The notes below the pieces were generated by a model, which ran no database searches, was not told the origin of the DNA, and worked only from the letters and a program-made list of their open reading frames with translations. The translations under genes and the position numbers were made by a program. Shown here in pieces: positions 11,539-20,917 of a stretch of DNA of 64,000 nt. The stretch comes from Opitutia bacterium. GTDB lineage: Bacteria; Verrucomicrobiota; Verrucomicrobiia; Opitutales; T3Sed10-336. Location of the stretch: contig JBJHCF010000013.1 in NCBI GenBank assembly GCA_050506795.1, forward strand, positions 34,151 through 98,150, read 5' to 3'. Each line of letters opens with the position of its first letter. Position 1 is the first letter of the stretch.

Positions 11539-11917
11539 GAGGACAACGATACTGCTGGTCGATGACGAAGATCATATCCGCGCCTTGATAAGGGCTCTGT
11601 TGAAGCACGCCGGGAATTACCGTGTGATCGAGGCGCGGGACGGCGCGGAGGGTGTTCGCCTTTTCGAGTCGGAGAAACCCGACGCGGTCATGATGGACAT
11701 CAATATGCCGCAAATGGACGGGGTGGCCGCGCTTTGGAAGATGCGTGAAATCGATGACAAGGCGGTCATCATCATGTTGACGGCCAAGGCCACTGAATAC
11801 GCGGTGCGGGAGTGCCTGCATGCCGGCGCGTCGAATTTTATCCGCAAGGATACGCCCAAGGAAAGGGTGATGGAGCTGGTCAAATCAACCCTGGCCGAGC
11901 ATGGCCTGGACACCTAA
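11531..11917 (+). CDS. Single-domain CheY-like response regulator
   Basis: LLVDDED, MMDINMPQMDG, MLTA and FIRK. GTG start overlaps the upstream gene by 8 nt. Confidence 0.92.
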   Translation: MSERTTILLVDDEDHIRALIRALLKHAGNYRVIEARDGAEGVRLFESEKPDAVMMDINMPQMDGVAALWKMREIDDKAVIIMLTAKATEYAVRECLHAGASNFIRKDTPKERVMELVKSTLAEHGLDT

Positions 11918-11931
11918 AGAGGACTTGAATC

Positions 11932-12138
11932 ATGACGGATCAAAAGGAGGGGTTAACGAGAGAGAAAGTTGAGCAGAGCTCGTTGGATGCTTTGGCGCCG
12001 GTGCGTTACTCGCTGCCCAGGATGCTGGAAGAAGTGGACCGTGATCGTGAATCGGTGCGGGACGCGGGGAAATTGTTGAGCCAGGAACAAATCGAGGCGG
12101 TATTCGTCACTCACCGGGAAAAGAACCAAGATGCCTAA
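11932..12138 (+). CDS. Small hypothetical protein (68 aa) with LSQ-x-x-I-(D/E) motif
   Basis: AGAGGA RBS before the ATG. It fills the gap between cheY and the ATPase and overlaps the next start by 8 nt. C-terminal LLSQEQIEAVF. Confidence 0.75.
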   Translation: MTDQKEGLTREKVEQSSLDALAPVRYSLPRMLEEVDRDRESVRDAGKLLSQEQIEAVFVTHREKNQDA

Positions 12139-13831
12139 GGAAAATACCGCTTTTTTGGAGAAACTGCGCTCCCACGGATCGATTCCCGAGGCCCAGTTCG
12201 ACACCTATATCGGGCGGCACAAGGATTCTCCCTTTGATCTGCTCCGGGCGGTGATCGAGGATGGGTATGTTCCAAAATCGACGGCCTCCCAGTACTGGGG
12301 CGATTCCATCGGCAAAACCTATGTCGATCCCTTTGAAGTGGTGATCAGCCGCGAGGCGGTCGACATGATTCCTTACGAAATCGCCCGCAAAAAAACCGTG
12401 CTTGGTTTGTACCGGTTCGGCGAGGTGCTCACCGTGTTGATGGCCGACCCCAACGACACTACGTTCATTAACCAGTTGGAGCGCATAACACAGGGACCGG
12501 TCAGTCCGCTTTTCGGGCTTCCCTGGGAGATCGAGACCGCCATTTCCATCCAGTATCAGACGCGCAAGAGCCTGGATGAATTGCTGGAGAATGTGACCAA
12601 GAGCGGCTTCAATCTTCAGATCACTTCCGGCGAGCATGTGGCCATGATGGCCGAGGCCCTGCCGGTGACCGAACTCTTCGATGCCATGCTTTTCCATTCG
12701 CTGCGCGAAAGGGCGTCGGATATCCACATCCAGCCGCAGGAGGATTATGTTCCGGTGCGGATTCGGGTTGACGGTCATTTGCGCGAAATCATTCGTTTGC
12801 CGAAATCGCTTGCCGGCGCCATCGCCGCCCGGGTCAAGGTGATGAGTGATCTGGATGTCTCGGAGCGCCGCCTGCCCCAGGACGGACGTTTTTCCTTCGA
12901 CCTCGGGGGCAACACGGCCAACTTCCGCGTCTCCGTGATGCCGTCCATCCACGGCGAAAAAGTGGTGATCCGAATCCTGAATATTTCCGGGGTCCGCCAG
13001 GTGATGGAGCTCGACCGGATGGCCATTCTAAACAGTGTTCTGCAGCCTTTCCGACGCCTGATTCGCCGCCCCAACGGCATCATTTTCATTACCGGTCCCA
13101 CCGGTTCGGGAAAGACGACCACGCTCTACGGCGCGTTGGAGGATATCAACGATCCCGGTCAAAACATTGTTACCATTGAGGATCCGGTGGAGTACCAGTT
13201 GAAGGGACTGACCCAGGTACAGGTCAAACCGGACATCGGATTGACCTTCAATCGGGTTCTTCGCGCCACGATGCGACAGGATCCGGACGTGATTCTGGTG
13301 GGGGAGATTCGGGACCTGGAGACTGCCAAGATCGCTTCCGAGGCCGCTTTGACCGGGCACCTGGTGTTTGCCACGCTGCACACCAATAACGCGATCCAGG
13401 CCACCGTCCGCTTGATCGATCTGGGGGTTGAGCCTTTCATTGTGGCGCCCTCCATTCTCGGAGTGGTGAGCCAGCGCCTGGCGGCCCGGATTTGCGAGAA
13501 CTGTCGTGAGCCATACCACCCGGCTCTGTCTGAGTTAAAAAGACATTTCCTCGACGAGGGTATCGAAAAGGTCCCGTTTTATCGGGGAGCCGGCTGTTCC
13601 GAATGCGGGAAATCCGGTTACCGGGGACGGGTGGCGCTGCATGAACTCGTCGTGATTACCGATGAAATGCGCGCTATGATCTCCGCGGGCGCCACCATGA
13701 CCGACCTGGCGCGGGCGGCGAAAAAGGTTGGCTATCGTCCCATGCGTTACGACGGTTTGAAAAAGGTGCTGCTCGGTCTCACCACGATTGAGGAGGTGGA
13801 AAGAATTACCGTGGAGGAAATGCCCGTTTAG
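12131..13831 (+). CDS. GspE/PilB-family secretion/pilus assembly ATPase
   Basis: ASDIHIQP, ERRLPQDGR, Walker A GPTGSGKTT, TIEDPVEY, RQDPDVILVGEIRD, GHLVFATLHTN, and Zn-binding CENC...CSEC. Confidence 0.95.
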   Translation: MPKENTAFLEKLRSHGSIPEAQFDTYIGRHKDSPFDLLRAVIEDGYVPKSTASQYWGDSIGKTYVDPFEVVISREAVDMIPYEIARKKTVLGLYRFGEVLTVLMADPNDTTFINQLERITQGPVSPLFGLPWEIETAISIQYQTRKSLDELLENVTKSGFNLQITSGEHVAMMAEALPVTELFDAMLFHSLRERASDIHIQPQEDYVPVRIRVDGHLREIIRLPKSLAGAIAARVKVMSDLDVSERRLPQDGRFSFDLGGNTANFRVSVMPSIHGEKVVIRILNISGVRQVMELDRMAILNSVLQPFRRLIRRPNGIIFITGPTGSGKTTTLYGALEDINDPGQNIVTIEDPVEYQLKGLTQVQVKPDIGLTFNRVLRATMRQDPDVILVGEIRDLETAKIASEAALTGHLVFATLHTNNAIQATVRLIDLGVEPFIVAPSILGVVSQRLAARICENCREPYHPALSELKRHFLDEGIEKVPFYRGAGCSECGKSGYRGRVALHELVVITDEMRAMISAGATMTDLARAAKKVGYRPMRYDGLKKVLLGLTTIEEVERITVEEMPV

Positions 13832-13860
13832 GGGCGGGTTGAAAGTTTGGAGCTGCGGTT

Positions 13861-16647
13861 ATGGGCAGAACGGATCCGAAGTTGCTGAAAACCGCAGTGG
13901 AATCGATGGGGGAATGTGTCCTCATCACCGGTCCCGATATCGAGGCGCCCGGACCGGAGATCGTGTACGCCAATCGTGCCTTTCTCGATATGACCGGTTA
14001 CCGGCTCAAGGAGCTGATCGGTCAATCCCCCCGTCTTTTTCGCGGACCGCAAACCGATGCCAACGTCCTGAAGCAGCTTAAAAAATGCCTGCGGGGCGGG
14101 CGTGAATTCGAGGGCGAACTCCTGAATTATCGCAAGGACGGAACCTCCTACTGGACCAATTTGCGGATCAATCCGGTACGAAACCGCGCCGGAGATATCA
14201 CCCACTGGGTTTCCCTGCAACGGGACGTTTCCGACGAACGGGAGTGGGCGTCGGAGATGCAGCGGATCAACGCGGTTCTTTCCGCCCAGATGGAGCTTTC
14301 CCCGGACGGCATTCTGGTGGTCGACGTCAACGACCGGGTGATCGCCTACAACGGGCGCTTTCAGCGGATGTGGGGAATCCCATTGGAGGCTTTTGCCCGC
14401 GGTCGGCAGGAGGACATCCTGGGCTTTATCCTGGAAAAAGTGACCAATCCCGATGCCTACCGGATCGGCATGGAGGCCTTCTACCGGTCCGGTGAGAAGC
14501 GCCTGGAGGATGAAGTCACCTTGTGCGATGGACGGATTTTCGAGCGTTACTGCGTGACCACCCACTCGCCCCAGGGGAAATTCTACGGCTGGTTGTGGTA
14601 CTTCACCGACGTCACGCAGCAGCGGGAATTCGAAAATCGCCTGGCGGAAGCGAGGCAGGAGGCGGAAGCGGCCAGCCTGGCCAAATCCCAATTCCTGGCC
14701 AACATGAGTCATGAAATCCGCACGCCGCTCAACGGAATAATCGGCATGACGGAGATCCTCCTGCAGACCTCGGTCGACAACGAACAACGCGATTTTCTTT
14801 CTACTATTCAGGCCAGCGGCGACAACCTGCTTATTCTTATCAACGACCTGTTGGATCTCTCCCGCATCGAGTCGGGACGTCTGGAATTGGATGAGACCGA
14901 ATTCGATCTTTTCAGCATGGTCGAGGATGCTCTGGCGGTGGTCGGCGCCCGGGTCGGCACCAAGAATCTGGACATCGGGTACCTGATAGATCCCGCGCTT
15001 CCGGAACGTTTTCGCAGCGACGAGAATCGTCTCAGGCAGATCCTCATCAACCTGCTGGGCAACGCGGTAAAATTCACCGAAGCCGGCGAGGTGGTGCTCG
15101 AGGTCAAGCCTCGCCAGCCCCAGCTTCTGGCAACCGGGAGGCCGGTGCCCGAAATTCTGACTCTCGAGTTCACTGTGCGCGATACCGGGATCGGTATATC
15201 CAGCGAGGATCAGGTGAAACTCTTCCAGCCATTCAGTCAGGTGGATCCCTCGACTACCCGCCGGTACGGGGGAAGCGGGTTGGGTCTGTCCATTTGTCGC
15301 CGGTTGGTGGATCTTCTTGACGGCGAGATCTGGCTGGAGAGTCGGGTCGGTGGAGGGTCCACCTTTTCTTTCACCGTGCCGTTGCGAGTGGGTTCCCCGG
15401 CCCCGGGACGATCATCGGCCTATCTCAGTCTCAAAGGAGCCCGTTTGCTGGTGGTGGATGACAACGCCACCAACCGATTGATGGTCCGGCATCAGACCGT
15501 CCGGCACGGAATTGAGGTCGATGAGGCGAAGAACGGCCGGCAAGCCCTGGAAAAATGGAAATCCGGCCAACGTTACGACCTCGTGTTGCTCGACATGCAG
15601 ATGCCGGAAATGGATGGTCTGACTCTGGCGGGAAAGATTCGCGCCCTGCCCGGCGGGGAGCGCCAGCCCATACTTCTGTCGACCTCCCTGGGGCGGTACG
15701 GCGGGATCAAACAGGAAGCGACCCGGCTTGGATTGCACTTTCTCTGCAAACCGTTCCGGCAGTTCCAACTCATTTCCCTGCTCAAGGAGATCGTGGGCGG
15801 AGCGGAAGTTATTGATGGAGGGGAATCGACCGAAAAGGCCGCCGAGTCCGGCGGATTCGACCCGCAGCTTAGCATTCTCCTGGCCGAGGACAATCCGGTG
15901 AATCGGAAGGTCGCGCTCGGTCTGTTGAACCGTTTGGGTATTCAGGCGGAAAGTGCGGTCGACGGCCGGGAGGCGGTTCGTAGTTGGGAGCGGGGACGGC
16001 ACGATCTGATTTTCATGGATGTGCACATGCCGGAAATGGATGGTTTGGCCGCCACCCGCGAAATTCGCCGGCTATCCGGAAATCACGACCTTCCGTGGAT
16101 CGTGGCCATGACGGCCGACGCTTTGGCGGAGGACCGGGCCAAGTGCATTGAGGCCGGCATGAATGATTACCTGAGTAAACCGGTAAAAAGCATCGATCTG
16201 GTTTCGGTGTTGCGGCGGGTTCCCCAGGGCGAGGGAAAGGGATCTTCCGAGAGCGGAGACCAGGAACGGCGTGACCCCGAAGGCGGTGCGGGAGCGGAGG
16301 CCCCGGGTTTTTCCGAGGAAACACTCAGCCAGTTGGCGGCCCTGGGAGAATCCGATGGGGATCATTTCCTGCGAGAACTGGTGGAGGTGTTCCTGGACGA
16401 CGTGCCGGACCAACTCGAAGGCATGCGTAAGGCTCTGAGTGACAGGGACGCCGCGGCCCTGGCGCGAGCGGCTCACTCCGTCAAGGGAGCCAGCAGCAAT
16501 TTCGGGGCGGCGGAACTTCAGGCGAAGTGCTTCGAATTGGAGACGCGCGCCCGCGAGGGAACGTTGGAGGGAGCGGAGAATTTGATCGGGGAAATCGAGA
16601 TGATTTTCAAACGGCTCGCCGAGGCCCTACGGTCGAGATTCTCCTGA
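13861..16647 (+). CDS. Hybrid sensor kinase PAS-PAS-HisKA-HATPase-REC-REC-Hpt
   Basis: Two PAS domains, FLANMSHEIRTPLNG, NLLGNAVKFT, GGSGLGLSI, two receivers (LLDMQMP, FMDVHMP) and Hpt AHSVKGASSN. Confidence 0.95.
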   Translation: MGRTDPKLLKTAVESMGECVLITGPDIEAPGPEIVYANRAFLDMTGYRLKELIGQSPRLFRGPQTDANVLKQLKKCLRGGREFEGELLNYRKDGTSYWTNLRINPVRNRAGDITHWVSLQRDVSDEREWASEMQRINAVLSAQMELSPDGILVVDVNDRVIAYNGRFQRMWGIPLEAFARGRQEDILGFILEKVTNPDAYRIGMEAFYRSGEKRLEDEVTLCDGRIFERYCVTTHSPQGKFYGWLWYFTDVTQQREFENRLAEARQEAEAASLAKSQFLANMSHEIRTPLNGIIGMTEILLQTSVDNEQRDFLSTIQASGDNLLILINDLLDLSRIESGRLELDETEFDLFSMVEDALAVVGARVGTKNLDIGYLIDPALPERFRSDENRLRQILINLLGNAVKFTEAGEVVLEVKPRQPQLLATGRPVPEILTLEFTVRDTGIGISSEDQVKLFQPFSQVDPSTTRRYGGSGLGLSICRRLVDLLDGEIWLESRVGGGSTFSFTVPLRVGSPAPGRSSAYLSLKGARLLVVDDNATNRLMVRHQTVRHGIEVDEAKNGRQALEKWKSGQRYDLVLLDMQMPEMDGLTLAGKIRALPGGERQPILLSTSLGRYGGIKQEATRLGLHFLCKPFRQFQLISLLKEIVGGAEVIDGGESTEKAAESGGFDPQLSILLAEDNPVNRKVALGLLNRLGIQAESAVDGREAVRSWERGRHDLIFMDVHMPEMDGLAATREIRRLSGNHDLPWIVAMTADALAEDRAKCIEAGMNDYLSKPVKSIDLVSVLRRVPQGEGKGSSESGDQERRDPEGGAGAEAPGFSEETLSQLAALGESDGDHFLRELVEVFLDDVPDQLEGMRKALSDRDAAALARAAHSVKGASSNFGAAELQAKCFELETRAREGTLEGAENLIGEIEMIFKRLAEALRSRFS

Positions 16648-16666
16648 AACCGGCTGAGGAAGAACG

Positions 16667-17539
16667 TTACCCGGCTTCCGCACGATCCAGTTTCAGGGCG
16701 CGAGCAAAAGCGTCCAGGGCTTCCATCGATGCCAGATAGTGAATCGGTGAGGTTTCCGTCCGAAACGCCCGCGGGCAGGCCTGTCCGCCGGCCACGAGGG
16801 TGATCTTTCGCTCTTCGGCGTATTGAAAAAGGGCGGAAGCGTTGTCCGGGAATTTCTCCGCCGCGCTTTTTGAGCAGAAGCTGAGCCAAACCAGGCGAGG
16901 CTTCCATGCCTTGATGGCGGCAAGGAGGGCGCCAGCCGGGAGATTGGCGCCCAGGTTGCGCTCGCGCCAGCCACCGGCAGCCAGAATCAATGAAACCATG
17001 AGCGAAGGGATCCGGTAGGGATCTCCCGCGGGCGAACAGCCGATCGCCATCGGCGCCTCCGCTTCCGGCGGCGGAAGGGCATTCCGCAACACGGTCAGGG
17101 CTTGCAGGCAGGTCTCCGTTGCCCGGTGCTCCTGGTAGATGCCTTCCTCACCGTGGCGCCAGAGTTCGCCCACCCGCCGCAAACTCGCGACCACCGGACC
17201 GTCGCACAGCGCCGCCACCCGGTCGCCGGCCAGATACCGGGCCAGGAGAATCCCCTGGGCCAGTTCCTGGTCTCCATCCACGATGGCCTGGCTCAGAAGT
17301 TCGTCGCTTGGATCCCCCTGGGTCCGATTGATCGCTTCCAGTCCGATGGCCGCCGGATTGTGGAGAGGCAACTGATTCGCCCTGATGTACCGTAGCGCTT
17401 CGCGTCTCGCGATTCGCCGGTGCCCCCCCTCCGTCCGCGACGCTTCAATCTTGCCCTCGTCCGCCCACCGCTTGACGGAGGATTCGCTGACTCCCAGAGC
17501 AGCGGCGAAGTTTTTTGGAGAAAGGTAGGTGGTGGTCAT
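16667..17539 (-). CDS. CarH/LitR-like regulator: MerR/excisionase HTH plus B12-binding domains
   Basis: LSPKNFAAALGVSESSVKRWADEG...TEGGHRRI HTH, helix-bundle motif VGELW-x9-EH, and Rossmann-like LGANLP...VWLS...VAGG. Confidence 0.85.
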   Translation of the reverse strand: MTTTYLSPKNFAAALGVSESSVKRWADEGKIEASRTEGGHRRIARREALRYIRANQLPLHNPAAIGLEAINRTQGDPSDELLSQAIVDGDQELAQGILLARYLAGDRVAALCDGPVVASLRRVGELWRHGEEGIYQEHRATETCLQALTVLRNALPPPEAEAPMAIGCSPAGDPYRIPSLMVSLILAAGGWRERNLGANLPAGALLAAIKAWKPRLVWLSFCSKSAAEKFPDNASALFQYAEERKITLVAGGQACPRAFRTETSPIHYLASMEALDAFARALKLDRAEAG

Positions 17540-17774
17540 GCGGCGATCAGTCAATAAACTCGTTCAAAACGTTCATTATAGTCTGCTCCTCTTGGAATTA
17601 AAACTTCAAATGAGCGTTTCTCGAAAAAATCTGATGCCTCCGCAAGCGGCGGGAATTCGAATTGGATCGCGCGAAAAAAAAGAAAGCGAGCAACCCGGAG
17701 GCGCCCGCTTCCCGATGAGGATCAGACGGGGCCATCGTTTTTAACCGCGACCCCGATCAGTGTCGGCGTTCAGT

Positions 17775-18257
17775 TCAGTTCCTGGGGTCGTCTTCCGGAT
17801 TGATGTATTCGATTCCCCACGGACCGGTGCCGTGGACTTGGATGACCGTGTCTTCCTCCGTATAGCCGAACATCGGGTCACCCGGAGCCATAATGGCCAC
17901 ACCGCCGGTTTGCAGCTCATGGGTGGCATCCGGGTCGAACTCCCGCCCGTGGGCGAAATGGAGGGTCCCGGAAATCACCGTGACACGTTCATATTCCGGA
18001 TGGATGTGCGGATCGACCCGGTAGCCGGCGGGAAGATGCAGCCGGAAGGTGAAGGGTTCCTCGGCGCTCAAATCGCCCTCAATGACCGCGATCTGAGCCG
18101 GCGCCGCCATCGACGCGATGGGGCCCCACTCCAGGTCGTTCGGGTTCAACATGATGTGTCCGTCACCACGGTAGGGCATTTCCGCCATCATGTTTCCCCA
18201 CACGGGAATTGAACCGATCAGGAACGATGCGACGGTAATGAATTTGCAGTACTTCAT
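17775..18257 (-). CDS. Secreted cupin-domain protein
   Basis: AGGAGA RBS, MKYCKF signal peptide and cupin motif PHIHPEYERVTVISG. Confidence 0.8.
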   Translation of the reverse strand: MKYCKFITVASFLIGSIPVWGNMMAEMPYRGDGHIMLNPNDLEWGPIASMAAPAQIAVIEGDLSAEEPFTFRLHLPAGYRVDPHIHPEYERVTVISGTLHFAHGREFDPDATHELQTGGVAIMAPGDPMFGYTEEDTVIQVHGTGPWGIEYINPEDDPRN

Positions 18258-18601
18258 AACTCTATCTCCTTTCGCGTTAAGGCCACGTAGGCCGTTAATG
18301 GGATATTTGCCAACAGAAAGAAGATTACAGCGGCGATACTCCCCTGGCAACCTTACATTTGTTTACCGCGAAACCGGATCGATTCCAGGGCGAATGGCAC
18401 TGGTTAAGCAGGTTCATCGTTTGAGAAACCGAATCGAGATCGAAATCGCGCCTCTGCTTCCTGGGGGCGGCGCTCCCGCGCCGCCGGTGTGCGGGCAAGA
18501 TACCCGCGCGGCCATGCGGGAGTATGGCCCTTCAGGGGGAACGGCCGATGCGATTAAGCTAAGGTCCTTCGATCCACCGCCTCAACCGAGTAGCATTCCT
18601 T

Positions 18602-19774
18602 CTAGGGCAGCACTTCCGCCCCGTCGGCGGCGGTGCAGGCGAGAGTGTCCGGACGTCGACCGTAGGATTGTTCGTAGCGGTCACCAACCTGGCGGACATC
18701 GTCGTCGTCGAAGGACCGCGAGGTCAGCGCGATGACCGTGCCGCCGAAACCGCCGCCGCTGAGGCGTGCGCCGTATACGTTGGGGGATCGCACCAGAAGT
18801 TCCACCAGGGTGTCGAGTTCGGGACAACTGTTCTCGAAGAGGGTGCGCGAACTTTCGTGCGATTCCGTCAAAAGCCGTCCCGTCGTTTCCAGGTCGCCGG
18901 CGAAAAGGGCCGCTTTGGCCGCGCGGACGCGTTCGTTTTCCCGTATCACGTGGCGCGCTCGCTTGATCACCTCGGCCGGGGTGTCCGCCGGCAAGTGGTC
19001 CAAATCCTCCTCCCCGGCATCGGTGAGGAATTCAAAGTCGGGGTGGGTCTGGCGCAGAAGGCGCAGAGCCTCGGCGCACTCGTCATGACGCTTCGAATAC
19101 AGCGAATCGACCAGCGAGTGGCTCACTCCGGAATTGAAGATATGGATACGGCATTCTTCCGGCAGCGGCAGCAATTCCACCTCCAGAGTGCGGCAATCGA
19201 TGTAAACGAGGCGGTTGGCTTTTCCAAAGGCGGAACAGGTTTGGTCCAGCGGTCCGGTGGGCACTCCGAGGAAATCATTCTCCACCGACCGACCCAGGCG
19301 GACCAGTTCTTCCCTGGACATATTCAGTTGGTACAGGGCCGCCAAGGCCGAGCCGACCCCCATTTCCAGCGCCGCGCTGCTGCTCAGTCCGGCGCCGGCC
19401 GGCAAGTCGGATACAATGGCCAGGTCGAATCCGGTGTCTGGCTTGAGGCCGCGTCCGACCAGCATGGCAAGCACTCCGAGCGGGTAGTTGGCCCAGGCTT
19501 GCGGGCCATTGAATTTTTGCAGGTCGTCAAGGCTCCGTTCCGGCCGTTCCGGAGAGAACTCCGAGGCAAATCGAAGCTTCCGGTCGTCGCGCGGCGAGAC
19601 CGCGACAAAAATCGAACGATCGATGGCGGCGCCCACCACCAGGCCGCCGTTGTAGTCGGTGTGGTTGCCGATGAATTCCACCCGTCCCGGAGCCCGGGCC
19701 GTCACTTTTGGGTCCGTGCTGTAGACGGAGCGGAAAAATTCGGTCAGACGTTCTCGGGTTGCGGTCGCGTTCAT
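18602..19774 (-). CDS. galK: Galactokinase
   Basis: APGRVEFIGNHTDYNGG, PAGAGLSSSAA and GARLSGGGFGG (GHMP kinase motifs). Start MNATAT. Confidence 0.93.
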   Translation of the reverse strand: MNATATRERLTEFFRSVYSTDPKVTARAPGRVEFIGNHTDYNGGLVVGAAIDRSIFVAVSPRDDRKLRFASEFSPERPERSLDDLQKFNGPQAWANYPLGVLAMLVGRGLKPDTGFDLAIVSDLPAGAGLSSSAALEMGVGSALAALYQLNMSREELVRLGRSVENDFLGVPTGPLDQTCSAFGKANRLVYIDCRTLEVELLPLPEECRIHIFNSGVSHSLVDSLYSKRHDECAEALRLLRQTHPDFEFLTDAGEEDLDHLPADTPAEVIKRARHVIRENERVRAAKAALFAGDLETTGRLLTESHESSRTLFENSCPELDTLVELLVRSPNVYGARLSGGGFGGTVIALTSRSFDDDDVRQVGDRYEQSYGRRPDTLACTAADGAEVLP

Positions 19775-19835
19775 GAATGGCGGTGGTTTGAAAATCGGAA
19801 ACGTATCCGAAGGCGGGTCCCGGGAAAAGCTCTTT

Positions 19836-20783
19836 TCAGAACGAAACCCGCAGCCCAAGTTCCGCGTACGGCGCGCCCCGGGTGCGGTGGACCACGCTCT
19901 CGCGGTGATGATCGAACTTGCGTTTGATCATCCAACCCGCGCCGGCGGTCAGTTCCATCGTCTTGGCCACGGTGCGGGAGAAGCGCGCGCCGGCACGGTA
20001 TTCGGTGAGATTGAGCAGAGCGTTTTGGGGGATCCCTTCCTTTTCCGTGACCCGGAACGAACCTCCGTGAAACGAACCTCCTAGGGAAAAGGTCCAGTTT
20101 TCGTTCGGGGTGAATTCAAGGGCGGGGCGAGGCGGAACCAGGCGCAAGGTGCCGCTATCACTGAAGTTCCAGATCAATCCCAAGCCCGGCAGGACCGGGT
20201 ATTTGGAAGACGTTCCGCCGAAAGCGCCCAATTGCAGGCTGAGGGTTTCCCCCAAGTTGAAATTGCGGTAACCGAGATAGGACAGCCGCAAGGCTTTGGC
20301 GGTGACGGTTTGCTCGAAACCGATGCCGGGGGTCAGGGTGACAATATAGCGGGGCCCCCGTTCGCCGAGGAGGGTGAGGGTGATCGGCAGGTTGACCTCC
20401 TGCAGATTCCGGGGAAGCGGGAGACCGGTAGAGGAATAGGTAAATCGGCGATAAGCGATTCCGGTGCGCAGCGCAGCGCCGCGGCTTACCGGAAAACGGT
20501 AGTCGGTTCGGACTCCGAAGGCGTGGGCGCTTTGGCGTTCACCGGAGATGCCGCGAAATCCGCTTTCCTCCACCCGGTCGAACTCCATGACGAGAGCGGC
20601 GCCAAACAGACCCGGCGGCGGTCCGCCGCGGGGGAGCGTTTCGGCCGGTTCTTCGGACTTCAGGGCAATCGGGACGGCCAGCAGGGCGGTTGCCAGGATA
20701 CGCAGTACGAGCGGAGCGGCGGCCTCCGTTGTGATCGGTCCGAGGCCGAGCAGGGGCGAAAGGCTGCGAAGAGGTGTATTCAT
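19836..20783 (-). CDS. Probable outer-membrane beta-barrel protein
   Basis: Signal-like N-terminus, alternating amphipathic strands, PVLPGLGLIW...LVPPRP, and C-terminal YAELGLRVSF ending in Phe. Confidence 0.7.
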   Translation of the reverse strand: MNTPLRSLSPLLGLGPITTEAAAPLVLRILATALLAVPIALKSEEPAETLPRGGPPPGLFGAALVMEFDRVEESGFRGISGERQSAHAFGVRTDYRFPVSRGAALRTGIAYRRFTYSSTGLPLPRNLQEVNLPITLTLLGERGPRYIVTLTPGIGFEQTVTAKALRLSYLGYRNFNLGETLSLQLGAFGGTSSKYPVLPGLGLIWNFSDSGTLRLVPPRPALEFTPNENWTFSLGGSFHGGSFRVTEKEGIPQNALLNLTEYRAGARFSRTVAKTMELTAGAGWMIKRKFDHHRESVVHRTRGAPYAELGLRVSF

Positions 20784-20917
20784 ATCGGCCAGGTTTGAGG
20801 CGTACTAATCACGATGATCGGCATGAACACAAAGAGAATCTTTCCGGGGATTGGCGCTTGAGTTGATCCGGGGCTTGGGCGATGACTTTGGGGCGGCCCG
20901 GGCGGCCGCAGGGTTTT

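Noticed and set aside
17555..17580. CGTTCA direct repeat upstream of the CarH-like gene as an operator
   Set aside because: There are only two copies at 9-bp spacing, not the ~11-bp tandem arrays of CarH operators.
18350..18600. Intergenic hairpins and a TGGCAC-N5-AAGC sigma54-like motif; possible ncRNA
   Set aside because: The motif points at no gene, and GC-rich hairpins are expected by chance. No RNA family was recognised.
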